From a virus, in the IMG/VR virus record IMGVR_UViG_3300036785_000296, positions 1 to 64,000 of that record: 64,000 nt of DNA; one strand, 5' to 3'. Position numbers and translations under genes: made by a program. This document shows positions 16,941 through 26,481 of the stretch, in pieces (position 1 is the stretch's first letter; each line of letters opens with the position of its first letter). Below the pieces are notes generated by a model, which was not told where the DNA came from, ran no database searches, and saw only the letters and a list, made by a program, of their open reading frames with translations.

Positions 16941-17440
16941 GCGACCCTCGCGAACTCCCGGTGATGCTCCTGCGCGGCGGCGACATAGGCCGCGTGCGCC
17001 GCTTCAGCGGTCTTGAAGTAGCCGAGCCAGAGACGCTTGCCGGGAGCGATCCGTATCTGGGCCTGATAGACGCCGCGCCACGCGACGAAGGTCACGCCCT
17101 TGAAGCCCGACGTATTGCCGGGCATGCGGCCCTTGTTCTGACCGTTCTGCGACTTGGTCGCCTCGCGCAGGTTGGCCCAGCGGTTGTTGAGCGTGTCGGC
17201 GTCGTCGTGATCGGCCTCCGGGTCCGGCCACCGTCCCGTCATGTAGAAGAACGCCAGCCGGTGGGCACGATACTGGCGCCCATCGATACCGATCACCCAG
17301 TAGGTCTGGTTGTGGCCGCGCCAGAGGCCGCCTGCCTCGCAGCCACGCAGGCCCGGCTGCCCCCGCAGCCATGTGAACACGCCCGTCTCCGGGTCGTAGT
17401 GCAGCAGCCGCTTCAGCCGAACCTGCGTGAGGCCCGTCAC
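16937..17440 (-). CDS. HNH homing endonuclease with AP2 domain
   Basis: YRAHRLAF...DH...NNRWANLREAT; NTSGFKGV...WLGYF.TAEAA. Confidence 0.9.
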   Translation of the reverse strand: MTGLTQVRLKRLLHYDPETGVFTWLRGQPGLRGCEAGGLWRGHNQTYWVIGIDGRQYRAHRLAFFYMTGRWPDPEADHDDADTLNNRWANLREATKSQNGQNKGRMPGNTSGFKGVTFVAWRGVYQAQIRIAPGKRLWLGYFKTAEAAHAAYVAAAQEHHREFARVA

Positions 17441-17946
17441 GACACCGGACGGAGCTTGGTGGCGTTCGCTTCCTGGCTACGGTTCCATCCTGACATCCAG
17501 TCGGTCATGCGCTCGGGCGGGCAATCGGATGGCGGCTTGCCGACCGCGCCCTTGCCGGTGGTGCCTGCCAGGAACCCACGCAGCTCCCAGTCGGCTCTGG
17601 CGCGCTCGGTCGGTTCCATCTCGGGGAACAGCTCGATCTGCGCCTCTTCGGGCCGCTTCGGCAGCAGCTCGGCCAAGTCCATGTAGCGCAGCAAGGTCTC
17701 GATGAAGTCCCTGATCTCCTGCGGCTCCCAGGTCAGCATCTCCATGATCTGGTCGGCGTGCTGCAACTCGATGCCCGCCGCCTTGGCCTCCTTGCGGATT
17801 TTCTTGCGGTCGGCGAGCGAGAGGTCGCGCTTGCCGTCCGCCTCGATCATCCGCTTCAGGTGACGGCGGAAGACGTCCTGCGTGATCCCGTTGGTGTCGT
17901 CGCCCATCGGCAGCTCGCGGTCGTCTTCGCTCAGCTCTCTGGCCAT
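17437..17946 (-). CDS. GapR(DUF2312)-like domain fused to RMF-like domain
   Basis: DRKKIRKEAKAAGIE...LLRY (GapR-like); RGFLAG..GK...WMSGW (RMF-like). Confidence 0.6.
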   Translation of the reverse strand: MARELSEDDRELPMGDDTNGITQDVFRRHLKRMIEADGKRDLSLADRKKIRKEAKAAGIELQHADQIMEMLTWEPQEIRDFIETLLRYMDLAELLPKRPEEAQIELFPEMEPTERARADWELRGFLAGTTGKGAVGKPPSDCPPERMTDWMSGWNRSQEANATKLRPVS

Positions 17947-18033
17947 GTCGCTCTCCGGGTTTGGCCCCCGCGCAATGTCGCGCCGCAGCCGGGCGCCGTC
18001 CACGCATCAAGGGCACGGCTCCACAGTTTATTT

Positions 18034-18074
18034 TGATATCGTCATTGACAGAAGTGATGTCACAAACCTATGTG
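18034..18074 (+). promoter_or_regulatory. sigma70 promoter with upstream GATATC
   Basis: TTGACA 18045-18050, TATGTG 18069-18074, GATATC 18035-18040. Confidence 0.6.
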
Positions 18075-18101
18075 ATCGCACATGAGCAGCGGAGCACCGA
18101 T

Positions 18102-18767
18102 GTGAGCGACGAGAGCGAGCCGACCTTCAAGGACACGCCCGAACAGGTGGACCCGATCCGCCACGCGGGCCGCACCATCATCATCACGAAGACGGGCGAG
18201 CGCGCCCTGCTGATCGGCGGCACCGGCAGGCCCGGCTGGGTGGCGGCCTCGACCGAGTTCAGCAGACACATCATGCGCCACTACGCGGTGGAGGACGTGA
18301 CGCTGGCGCCGGCCCGCGAGTACGGGCGCAAGGGCTACGATCTGAGGGAAGACCTCACCCCGATCATGACCGGCCTGACGGCGGTGCCGAACTTCAAGCC
18401 CCACGAGGGCGACCCACTGGACTTCCTGAACGGCCTGACGCTGGGCGGCCAGTGGACGGCGCCCAACGCGGGCTACGCCAAGGTCTACCACGAGGGCCAG
18501 GAGCACAGCGGCTGGGCGAAGTACTTCCTCCGCACGACGCAGGGCGGCCAGTTCGACGGCACCGGCGACGTGATCATCTACGCCTCGCCGCGCTGGTCGA
18601 AGGACGCGGCGGGCAAGCAGATCAAGAGCGGCGGCGCGATCATCGGCCACTTCGCGATCTGCAAGCACGAGAAGGTCGAACACGCGGGTGCGAACCATCG
18701 GCGCGGCTGGCATCCTGGCCATTGTTCCAAGTGCGGTCTCGACCTGACCGTGGACAGCGGAGACTGA
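18102..18767 (+). CDS. Hypothetical protein with C-terminal Cys/His motif
   Basis: GTG start after GGAG; CKH...HCSKCG. Confidence 0.7.
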   Translation: MSDESEPTFKDTPEQVDPIRHAGRTIIITKTGERALLIGGTGRPGWVAASTEFSRHIMRHYAVEDVTLAPAREYGRKGYDLREDLTPIMTGLTAVPNFKPHEGDPLDFLNGLTLGGQWTAPNAGYAKVYHEGQEHSGWAKYFLRTTQGGQFDGTGDVIIYASPRWSKDAAGKQIKSGGAIIGHFAICKHEKVEHAGANHRRGWHPGHCSKCGLDLTVDSGD

Positions 18768-18768
18768 A

Positions 18769-19095
18769 ATGCCCAGACCGACTGCCGCCGAGCGCGACAA
18801 GCACCTCACCCGCGAGGAGCGCGAGTTCCGCAAGAAGCGGGCCGAGCTGGAGGCCTACCAAGACCTCCGCGACGACGTGATCACCCTGGTCGCCAACTCG
18901 AACTTCACCTTCGAGGCGATCCACGCCGCCTGCGGGCCGCACCCCTCGACGCTGAAGAAGTGGGACGCCAAGGATGTCGACAAGCCGCAGCTCGGCAAGA
19001 TGCGCTCGACGCTGCGGATCATCGGCTACGACATCGGCATCATCGAGCGCGGCGCGTCGAACGTCGTGGCGCTGCGGAGGGAGAGCGCAGCGTGA
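18769..19095 (+). CDS. Putative HTH (XRE-like) regulator
   Basis: FEAIHAACGPHPSTLKKW...KPQLGKM. Confidence 0.6.
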   Translation: MPRPTAAERDKHLTREEREFRKKRAELEAYQDLRDDVITLVANSNFTFEAIHAACGPHPSTLKKWDAKDVDKPQLGKMRSTLRIIGYDIGIIERGASNVVALRRESAA

Positions 19096-19247
19096 AGGTC
19101 CGCGAGATGCGCCAGTTCACGCTGCGGATGCCGCCCGACATCCGCATCTGGCTGGAGCTTCAGCGGCAGAAGCTCGGCAAGCGCTCGCTCAACGCCACCG
19201 TCGTCACGCTGCTTGAAACAGTCAGGAAGCAGGAGAAAGCAGCGTGA
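19092..19247 (+). CDS. Arc-like ribbon-helix-helix regulator
   Basis: QFTLRMPPDIR...RSLNATVVTLLE. Confidence 0.8.
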   Translation: MKVREMRQFTLRMPPDIRIWLELQRQKLGKRSLNATVVTLLETVRKQEKAA

Positions 19248-19615
19248 CGCGGAAGGCGACCCTGGCCGAGCGACGCCGGACGTGTCCGGCCTGCGGCGGG
19301 ACCTTCTACGCGGCGAAGCCGTCGAGCAAGCAGTGCTACTGCGGCCACAAGTGCGCGTTCATCGTCATCGGCGAGACCGTGCGCGCGGCGGCGAACGCGC
19401 CCGAGGTGCGGGCGAGGATGGCTGACGCCCGGCGCGGCCGAGGCAGCTACGCCTACGTCAAGCGTGGCGGTCGGCACGAACACCGCGTCGAGGCTGAGCA
19501 GAGCCTTCGGCGGCCACTCCTGGCCAACGAGATCGTGACCATCAACCGAACTGTCTATCCGAACCGGAGGGCCTACGTGCGCGCCGAAGGGTTCGTCCGA
19601 AGGGAAAATCAATGA
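19244..19615 (+). CDS. Degenerate HNH-like protein (Zn finger, truncated nuclease)
   Basis: CPACG...YCGHKC; HEHRVEAEQSLRRPLLANEIV not followed by the HH..N..N core. Confidence 0.55.
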   Translation: MTRKATLAERRRTCPACGGTFYAAKPSSKQCYCGHKCAFIVIGETVRAAANAPEVRARMADARRGRGSYAYVKRGGRHEHRVEAEQSLRRPLLANEIVTINRTVYPNRRAYVRAEGFVRRENQ

Positions 19616-20994
19616 AAATCATACATTTAGTTGCGGAGAACGTGAAGCGGCTCGTCGCCGTGGACATCACGCCCGAGGGCCATGTGATTGAGATCACAGG
19701 CGAAAATGGAAGTGGGAAGACCAGCGTCCTCGACGCGATCTTCTGGGCCATCGCGGGCGAGCGGCCAATCCAGAGCCACCCGATCCACGATGGCGAAGAG
19801 AAGGCGCGCATCCGGCTCGACCTGGGCGAGTTCATCGTGACGCGCCGCTTCGACGCCGTGGCGGGCGGCGGCTTCACCACCAGCGTGAAGGTCGAGAACG
19901 CGGACGGCGCCAGGGTCGCCAAGCCGCAGACCATGTTGGACAGCCTGATCGGCGCCCTGGCGTTCGACCCGCTCGCCTTCGCGCGCTCGAAGCCGGCGGA
20001 TCAGTTCGAGGAGCTGAAGCGGCTGACCGGGCTCGACTTCAACGCGCTGGAGGCGGCGAACAAGGCCGACTTCGAGACCCGCACCGGCGTGAGTCGGTTG
20101 ATCCGCGAGTATCAGGCGCTGCTGAGCAGCATGCCGCCGGTCGAGGCGCCCGGCGCGCCGGTGGACGAGGAAGCCCTGGTCACCGCGCTGCGCGATGCAG
20201 GGCCGCACAATACCGACATCCAGGCGCGCAAGCAGCGCCGTGACACCGCCGAGGCGCGCATCGTGGCCATCGATCAGGAGATGACCAAGCTGCTTCAGGA
20301 GAAGACCGACCTAAGACAGCGCCTCGACAACGCCGGGCCGCTGGCCGCGCTGATCGACACCAACGCCATCGTGGAGAAGCTGAGCGCAGCGAGGGAGGGC
20401 AACCGGCTGATCGCCAAGGCCAAGGAGCGCGCCGACATGGTCGCCAAGATCGCCAGCGTCGAGCAGCAGGCCCAGGCGCTGACGGCGGGGATCGAGGAGC
20501 GCGAGCGCGAGAAGCGCAGGATGATCGCGGGCGCCGAGATGCCCATCGAGGGCCTCTCCTTCGGCGACGGGATCGTGACGCTCGGCGGCCAGCCGTTCGA
20601 TCAGGCCAGCGATGCCGAGCAGCTCCAGGCGTCGGTCGCCATCGCGGCGGCGATGAACCCGAAGCTGCGGGTGATCCGGGTGCGCGACGGCTCGCTCTTG
20701 GACGACACCTCGATGAGCGCCCTGGCCGATTTCGCCGCCCAGCGCGACTATCAGGTCTGGATCGAGGTGGTCGATAGCGACCGGCCCGGCGCCATCATCA
20801 TCGAGGCGGGCAAGGTCGCGGGCGTGGTCGGAGACGACGGCGGCCCCCAGCGTGTCCCGCCTGCGGAGCGCGGCAGGGCTTCGTCGGCATCTGCGAACGG
20901 TGCGCCCGAGGCTTCGCAGGCGAGCGCGGGCTCTACCCAGCCGACGTCCGCGCCGCCGTCGAGCGCTGGCGATCCCGATGAACTGGATTTCTGA
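19612..20994 (+). CDS. SMC/SbcC-like coiled-coil ATPase
   Basis: ENVKRL, GENGSGKTS Walker A, coiled coil, ASDAEQ signature, RVRDGSLLD. Confidence 0.88.
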   Translation: MKIIHLVAENVKRLVAVDITPEGHVIEITGENGSGKTSVLDAIFWAIAGERPIQSHPIHDGEEKARIRLDLGEFIVTRRFDAVAGGGFTTSVKVENADGARVAKPQTMLDSLIGALAFDPLAFARSKPADQFEELKRLTGLDFNALEAANKADFETRTGVSRLIREYQALLSSMPPVEAPGAPVDEEALVTALRDAGPHNTDIQARKQRRDTAEARIVAIDQEMTKLLQEKTDLRQRLDNAGPLAALIDTNAIVEKLSAAREGNRLIAKAKERADMVAKIASVEQQAQALTAGIEEREREKRRMIAGAEMPIEGLSFGDGIVTLGGQPFDQASDAEQLQASVAIAAAMNPKLRVIRVRDGSLLDDTSMSALADFAAQRDYQVWIEVVDSDRPGAIIIEAGKVAGVVGDDGGPQRVPPAERGRASSASANGAPEASQASAGSTQPTSAPPSSAGDPDELDF

Positions 20995-20995
20995 A

Positions 20996-21265
20996 ATGAC
21001 CGAGCTTTCGGATGACGACGCCAAGGCGCTGCTGGTCGCGGCCAACTCGATCACCGGCGCGCTGATGGACGTGGCGCAGTGGCTCCAGCCGGAGGCGGTG
21101 GCCGCCACCTCCATGACGCTGGCGGAGACGGTTCTCGCCAAGGTCATCGCGGGCGCAGCCACCATGTCGGATCACTCGCTGGACGAGATCATCGAGCGCT
21201 GCCACGAGCACATGACGGTGCTGGCGAAGTACTACTACCTCAAGCTGAGCGAGGAGCGGGTATGA
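20996..21265 (+). CDS. Hypothetical protein
   Basis: Coupled ORF. Confidence 0.6.
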   Translation: MTELSDDDAKALLVAANSITGALMDVAQWLQPEAVAATSMTLAETVLAKVIAGAATMSDHSLDEIIERCHEHMTVLAKYYYLKLSEERV

Positions 21266-21504
21266 CCGCTGACGAGATCGACATGGCCGCCGTGCGCGAG
21301 TGCCAAGCGGTCGCCAGCATGGCCGCCGAGCACACCAGTCCCGAGAACCCCGGCGCGACCGCGCTGGCGATCATGATCAGCGCCTATTCGCTCGCCCTCG
21401 CCGAGTACATGAAGGCTGGCGTGATGACCCTGGAGCAGGCGCTGAGCGGCGTGCGGAGGGACTTCGACATCATCGAGAGCGAGCTGCGGAAGGTGACGCC
21501 ATGA
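21262..21504 (+). CDS. Hypothetical protein
   Basis: ATGA-coupled. Confidence 0.6.
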   Translation: MTADEIDMAAVRECQAVASMAAEHTSPENPGATALAIMISAYSLALAEYMKAGVMTLEQALSGVRRDFDIIESELRKVTP

Positions 21505-22436
21505 GCTTCCTAGTCGCGAAGTGGGAGGGCGTGGTGCCCGAGCCGGGCCTCTACCTGGGCACGCCCGAAGAGCGCTACCACGACGACCCGACGCCCGAGC
21601 CCTCGCTGAGCGCATCTGTCGCCAAGATCGCCTTCGAGAAGGCGCTGTCGAAGGCCCAGGCGGCTCACCCCCGGCTGCGCCTGCCGGACTATCCGGAGGA
21701 CGAGACCGGCGAGGAGGAGCGCTCGCCGATGTGGTATCAGGACGTCGGCTCGGCGGTTCACTCGCTGTCGCTGCGCGCTGGCCAGCAAGTCGAGTGCGCG
21801 CCCTACCAGAACTGGCGCTCCAAGGACGCCCAGCAGTACCGCGCCGAGTGCCGCAACGCCCGCCGCATCACGCTGATCCCACGCTACTACGACATGGCCA
21901 TGCGGATGGCGGCCAAGCTCCAGCCCAGGCTGATCGACCTGATGGGCTCGGACTTCGCCGCCGAGGCGATGGCCGCCTCGCGCGACACGAAATACGGCTA
22001 CTGGGTCCGCTCCCTGCTCGACGGGACCTCGGTCGATCTGCGGCAGATCGTGGAGCTGAAGACCACCGCCCAGGACGCCAGCCCGGCCGCTGCCGGCCGC
22101 ACCGTCAACCGCAACGGCAACGTCTTCCAGAGCCAGTTCTATTTGAGAAACCTCGACAACCTTGATCCCGGCGGCATGGGCAAGCGCCGCTTCAACTGGA
22201 TTTTTCAGGAGTTCTCGTACCCCCACGAGATCGCCATCCTCCACCCCGATCCGGCGCTGTCGAGCGCGGGCGACACCAAGGTCGAGGCGGCGATGTTCCT
22301 GTGGTCGAAGGCGCTGAAGAGTGGCCAGTGGCCCGGCTATCCGAAGGAGAGCCAGTCGGTCGGGCCCGAGCCCTGGATGCTCCGCGATCTGGAGGAGCGG
22401 ATGATGATGGACGAGGAGCTTCAGGATGCCTTCTGA
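21501..22436 (+). CDS. RecE/ExoVIII-like PD-(D/E)xK exonuclease (DUF3799-like)
   Basis: YH.D...SLSAS, GSAVH, RSLLD...ELKTT, Q..FY, WPGY. Confidence 0.85.
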   Translation: MSFLVAKWEGVVPEPGLYLGTPEERYHDDPTPEPSLSASVAKIAFEKALSKAQAAHPRLRLPDYPEDETGEEERSPMWYQDVGSAVHSLSLRAGQQVECAPYQNWRSKDAQQYRAECRNARRITLIPRYYDMAMRMAAKLQPRLIDLMGSDFAAEAMAASRDTKYGYWVRSLLDGTSVDLRQIVELKTTAQDASPAAAGRTVNRNGNVFQSQFYLRNLDNLDPGGMGKRRFNWIFQEFSYPHEIAILHPDPALSSAGDTKVEAAMFLWSKALKSGQWPGYPKESQSVGPEPWMLRDLEERMMMDEELQDAF

Positions 22437-22701
22437 GATCAACTGGTACGACCCGCAGAAGCAGCTCCCGCACGACGGCGAGGAATGTCTGATCATGCCG
22501 CACAGCCGTGGCGGCCTCATCACGGCCGGCGTCTTCGGCCCGATCAGATGGAAAGCCAACATGAACGGCACGGGCCTATGGCTCGATATCTTCCGCGATC
22601 CCGAGGCTGGGACGATGATCTCGCCGATGGACGTGGGCTGCTGGACGCTGTGGGACCCCATCGCCCCGCCCGAGGGCCTGCCGACGCCGAGGGAGCTGTA
22701 A
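22426..22701 (+). CDS. Hypothetical protein
   Basis: W...LP..GE.CL pattern; coupled. Confidence 0.65.
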   Translation: MPSEINWYDPQKQLPHDGEECLIMPHSRGGLITAGVFGPIRWKANMNGTGLWLDIFRDPEAGTMISPMDVGCWTLWDPIAPPEGLPTPREL

Positions 22702-22702
22702 G

Positions 22703-23848
22703 ATGTCTGACTGGGAAGCGACGCCCGCCAAGCGCGAGCATGTGCCGCTGCTGGTCGGCATCTTCGGACCCTCGGGTGGCGGCAAGACTTACAGCGCGTT
22801 GCGTCTCGCCAAGGGCATCCAGAGCGTGGTCGGCGGCGAGGTCTACGGCGTCGACACCGAGAGCCGCCGGATGCTGCACTATGCCGACGATCCCGACCTG
22901 ACCCGCGACGGCTGGTCGTTCAAGCACGTCGAGTTCAAGGCGCCGTTCGGCAGCTTGCGCTACCTCGAAGTGCTGCGCTGGTGCGTCGACCAGGGCGCCA
23001 AGACCGTCATCATCGACAGCATGTCTCACGAGCACGGCGGCGAGGGCGGCTACCTCGATGAGCACGACAAGGACTTGGACAGGTTCGGCGGCGCCGACGA
23101 GCGCAAGCGCGAGCGCAACAACATGCGCGCCTGGATCAGGCCCGCGACCGAGCGCAAGAAGCTGATCCGGGGCCTCTTGCAGCTCGACGCGAACTTCATC
23201 TTCACCTTCAGGGCCAAGGAGACCGTCAAGCCGGACGGCGGCGGCGGCGTCACCGAGATGGGTTTTGTCCCCGAGGCCGGGGACGCATTTTTGTACGAAA
23301 TGACCGTCTGCTGTCTCTTGATGCCGGTCGCGGGCGGCGTGCCGACTTGGACATCGAAGATGCCCGGCGAGGCGCAGATGATCAAACCGGCCAAGCAGTT
23401 CATCGATCTCTTCGCCGGTGTTCGCCGCCCGCTCGATGAGAAGCACGGCGCCGGGCTCGCGCTCTGGGCCAGGGGCACGTCACCGAGCCCCCAGCCCGCA
23501 ACGCCTGCACCGGACGCTACGCCCCCTGCCGCAGGCCCAGCCCCCACCGCTCCTGTGGAGACTGTCTCCGAGCCTGGAACGGAAGCTGGTACGCCGCCTA
23601 CTGGCGCCGCAACTTCGGAGCAGCCCGCTGACTGGGACCACGAGGCCTGGGCGAAGGCGTTCAACGAGTTCCTGCGTGCGGTGACGACCGTCGCCGACTT
23701 CGACGCGCTCTGGCAGGACCCGTCCAATCAGGCCCTGCGCGCTCAGCTCAAGACCCGCGATGCGTCACTGGCCAAGAGCCTGCACGCGGCCAGTACGTCG
23801 ATCCGCAAGGCGCTGCGCTCGAAGGAGACGGCGAGGGAAGAGTTCTGA
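22703..23848 (+). CDS. Sak4-like AAA ATPase (putative recombinase)
   Basis: GPSGGGKTYSALRLA, DTE, IIDSMSHE; next to RecE-like exonuclease. Confidence 0.85.
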   Translation: MSDWEATPAKREHVPLLVGIFGPSGGGKTYSALRLAKGIQSVVGGEVYGVDTESRRMLHYADDPDLTRDGWSFKHVEFKAPFGSLRYLEVLRWCVDQGAKTVIIDSMSHEHGGEGGYLDEHDKDLDRFGGADERKRERNNMRAWIRPATERKKLIRGLLQLDANFIFTFRAKETVKPDGGGGVTEMGFVPEAGDAFLYEMTVCCLLMPVAGGVPTWTSKMPGEAQMIKPAKQFIDLFAGVRRPLDEKHGAGLALWARGTSPSPQPATPAPDATPPAAGPAPTAPVETVSEPGTEAGTPPTGAATSEQPADWDHEAWAKAFNEFLRAVTTVADFDALWQDPSNQALRAQLKTRDASLAKSLHAASTSIRKALRSKETAREEF

Positions 23849-24066
23849 TGCCGAGCGCCGACACCCCAGGCGTCCCGCCGAAGGACGTGCCGCGTCCCGA
23901 CGAAGACCTCCATACGTGCGCCATCATGCTCGACCCAGGCTCGCCGCATCAGGACGACCCACCCGTCACCATCGTCATCTACCCGCTCGACTACGCCGCC
24001 GGTGGCCGCATCTTCAAATGGCTCCAGGGCCAGATGGCGCTCGCCAGGGAGGCACACGGTGGCTAG
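23848..24066 (+). CDS. Hypothetical protein
   Basis: TGATG-coupled. Confidence 0.55.
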   Translation: MPSADTPGVPPKDVPRPDEDLHTCAIMLDPGSPHQDDPPVTIVIYPLDYAAGGRIFKWLQGQMALAREAHGG

Positions 24067-24307
24067 CTCGACCTTCTACCGGCATGACATCCCCGAGCGG
24101 GCGACGCATCTGGTGCGCGGCTACATCGGGCGGGCGCTCCTGGCCGAGGTCTGGGCGCAGGGCTGGGGCACGGTCGAGACCGAGATCGAGGTGTTCAAGA
24201 GCCAGGAACACTGCGACCGGATCGAGGTGCAGTGGCTGGGCAACCCCTACGCCAGCGGGCCGCTGCGTGCGCGCGGTCACGTCGAGACGGTGTGGACCCG
24301 TGGCTGA
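24059..24307 (+). CDS. Hypothetical protein
   Basis: GTG after GGAGG. Confidence 0.55.
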   Translation: MASSTFYRHDIPERATHLVRGYIGRALLAEVWAQGWGTVETEIEVFKSQEHCDRIEVQWLGNPYASGPLRARGHVETVWTRG

Positions 24308-24521
24308 GCCGCCCACCCCCCAGGAAGTCCGCAGCGCGGTGGAGCAACGCTACTACGTGCAGCCCAGCGGCATTGGCTGGCAGGTACGGGACAACGAGAC
24401 TCAGCGGGTTGTCGAGCGCGACGGCTCGCTGTTGATCTTCAAGACGCAGAGCGCAGCCAACCGCGCGCGTCGTGCGATGCTCCACCCGGATGCCTTGCGT
24501 CAGCGGGAGCCCAAGCCGTGA
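24300..24521 (+). CDS. Hypothetical protein
   Basis: GTG start; PTPQEVRSAV N-terminus shared with next gene. Confidence 0.5.
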   Translation: MAEPPTPQEVRSAVEQRYYVQPSGIGWQVRDNETQRVVERDGSLLIFKTQSAANRARRAMLHPDALRQREPKP

Positions 24522-24793
24522 CCCCCACCCCCGAGGAGGTCCGCAGCGCGGTGATCGGCTTGCAGGCGTTCTGCGATGACCCCATCAACTCGAACCTGAT
24601 GTTCGCCGTCGCTCGGGCAAAAGCCGTCCTCGCCGCCCACGCCCAGCAGCAGGCCATGCTGAAGGAGCTTCTCGGAACCGCCGAAGCCATCAACGGATCG
24701 CTCGACCACTGTGAGGAACAGCAGCGCCCTTGGGAAGACAAGCAGCCGGAGCCGCTCATCTTTGCGAAGGTGCGCGAGATGCTGAAGCCATGA
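24518..24793 (+). CDS. Hypothetical protein
   Basis: GTGA-coupled; PTPEEVRSAV. Confidence 0.55.
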   Translation: MTPTPEEVRSAVIGLQAFCDDPINSNLMFAVARAKAVLAAHAQQQAMLKELLGTAEAINGSLDHCEEQQRPWEDKQPEPLIFAKVREMLKP

Positions 24794-24981
24794 TCCTGCG
24801 GACGTGCGGCGACTGCCGCCACCTCGACCCGGCCACGGTCCCCACCCAGTCGGCCCGCAAGGTTCGGTACTGCACCAAGCGCTGCACCTGGGAGTACGAG
24901 GCGACGCCGCGCGGCGAGTTCGAGAGCGAGTGGTGGTGCTCCTTCTGGGAAGCCATTGCGCCCGGCCGCGTGAGTGCATAG
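24790..24981 (+). CDS. Small Cys-rich protein
   Basis: CGDCRH...C...C. Confidence 0.55.
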   Translation: MILRTCGDCRHLDPATVPTQSARKVRYCTKRCTWEYEATPRGEFESEWWCSFWEAIAPGRVSA

Positions 24982-25022
24982 ATATCTTGTGAAGGTCCGG
25001 ATGGACCGCAGAGATATCCAAC

Positions 25023-26297
25023 ATGATGAAGCAAGTTGACGGCAACGCCCTGCGGGACTGGGTGCAAGTCGCCCCGGAGCAGGAAGGCGACGAGCCCCAC
25101 TACGTCCGCGCCGAGCGCGATGAGCCGGTCGAGGCCCACCTTCAGGTGCGGCCCCAGTTCGTCGGCGACCTCCTGAAGCGGGTCGCGAAGTTCCAGAAGA
25201 TCGCCGCCCGGCACGGCCAGGAGGTCAGCGCCAGGAAGATCGGCGAGGTCATGGCGCCTCACCCGGTCTTCGGCAAGAAGCGCCCCCAGCGGCGCGAGGT
25301 CTGGGCGGTGGTGGTCCCCCCGATGGTCGGGGTGAAGGGCCGGATCGTGGGCCACTTCGAGCAGGCCGAGGACCGCAAGAGCCAGTACGTCCACGTCTTC
25401 CACGAGGCCGAGCGGGCCGCCTGCGAGGCGCTCCTGCCCCGCGCTGGCCAGTGCGACCACTGCCACAAGCAGCGGGCGCGGGTGAAGTCCTTCGTGGTCG
25501 AGCATGAGGGCGAGGTCAAGCTGGTCGGCTCGAACTGCCTGATGGACTTCCTGGGCGTCGATCCCGGCTGGGCCCTGGCGGCGGCCGAGTGGTTCGAGGC
25601 GGCCGAGCGCAGCGAGAGCGAGGGCGGCTGGGGCGGCGGCGGCCACTACCGTGACCTGATGTCCCTAGTGGACGGCGCCTACAAGGTTGCCAAGAAGCAC
25701 GGCGGCTACCCCCAAGGCGACGACCGCTACTGGTTCCGGAACCACGCCCAGATCGTGGCCTTCGGCCCCAAGAGCGCCTCCGACCGGGAGGTCGCCAAGG
25801 AGTACGCCGGGTTCAAGCCCGAGCCCATCGACCTCCAGGCCCTCGCCGACTACGTCGAGCAGGCCTCCGGCGACTTCGGCGCCAACCTGCGGATCGCGAT
25901 GGAGCAGGACATGATCCACGCCAAGCGCTCGGCGCTGGTGATCGCCGGGGTGGCCATGTGGGTCGGCCGCTCCCTGAAGCGGAAGGACGAAGAGGTCAAG
26001 GCCGCCAAGCTACCCGCGCCCAAGGCCTTCGCCGAGAAGGTCGGGAGCCGGATCGACTTCGAGGCCGAGGTGGTCCGCGCGATCCCCCGGCAGGGCGACT
26101 TCGGGATGAGCCTGATCATCGCCCTGCGCTGCGCGGACGGTCGGCAGGCGGTGAACTTCCACTCCGGCTCGTTCCGCCCCGAGGCTGGCAAGCGCTACAA
26201 GGTGCGGGCGAGCATCAAGCGGCACCAGCCCGCCTTCAAGGGCTTCGGCGAGGAGAGCGTGCTGAGCCGGGCGGTCTACGAGGAGATCAAGGCATGA
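25023..26297 (+). CDS. Conserved phage protein with Zn motif and C-terminal OB-fold-like region
   Basis: CDHC...VGSNCLMDFLG; long ORF with strong codon bias. Confidence 0.8.
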   Translation: MMKQVDGNALRDWVQVAPEQEGDEPHYVRAERDEPVEAHLQVRPQFVGDLLKRVAKFQKIAARHGQEVSARKIGEVMAPHPVFGKKRPQRREVWAVVVPPMVGVKGRIVGHFEQAEDRKSQYVHVFHEAERAACEALLPRAGQCDHCHKQRARVKSFVVEHEGEVKLVGSNCLMDFLGVDPGWALAAAEWFEAAERSESEGGWGGGGHYRDLMSLVDGAYKVAKKHGGYPQGDDRYWFRNHAQIVAFGPKSASDREVAKEYAGFKPEPIDLQALADYVEQASGDFGANLRIAMEQDMIHAKRSALVIAGVAMWVGRSLKRKDEEVKAAKLPAPKAFAEKVGSRIDFEAEVVRAIPRQGDFGMSLIIALRCADGRQAVNFHSGSFRPEAGKRYKVRASIKRHQPAFKGFGEESVLSRAVYEEIKA

Positions 26298-26455
26298 GCG
26301 ACTACCGGGACGACTACGACGACGAGCCCGCCTGCTCGAACCCGAAGGGCCACGAGTGGGCCTACACCGGGGCCGAGTACGGCGGGGACGACGAGCGGTG
26401 GCACGGCGAGGGTCGCTGCTACTGCATCCACTGCGGCGCTGACGGCGACGCCTGA
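26294..26455 (+). CDS. Small Cys/His acidic protein
   Basis: ATGA-coupled; C...H...CIHC. Confidence 0.55.
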   Translation: MSDYRDDYDDEPACSNPKGHEWAYTGAEYGGDDERWHGEGRCYCIHCGADGDA

Positions 26456-26481
26456 AACCAGAGAGAGAAGGGAACCACAAC

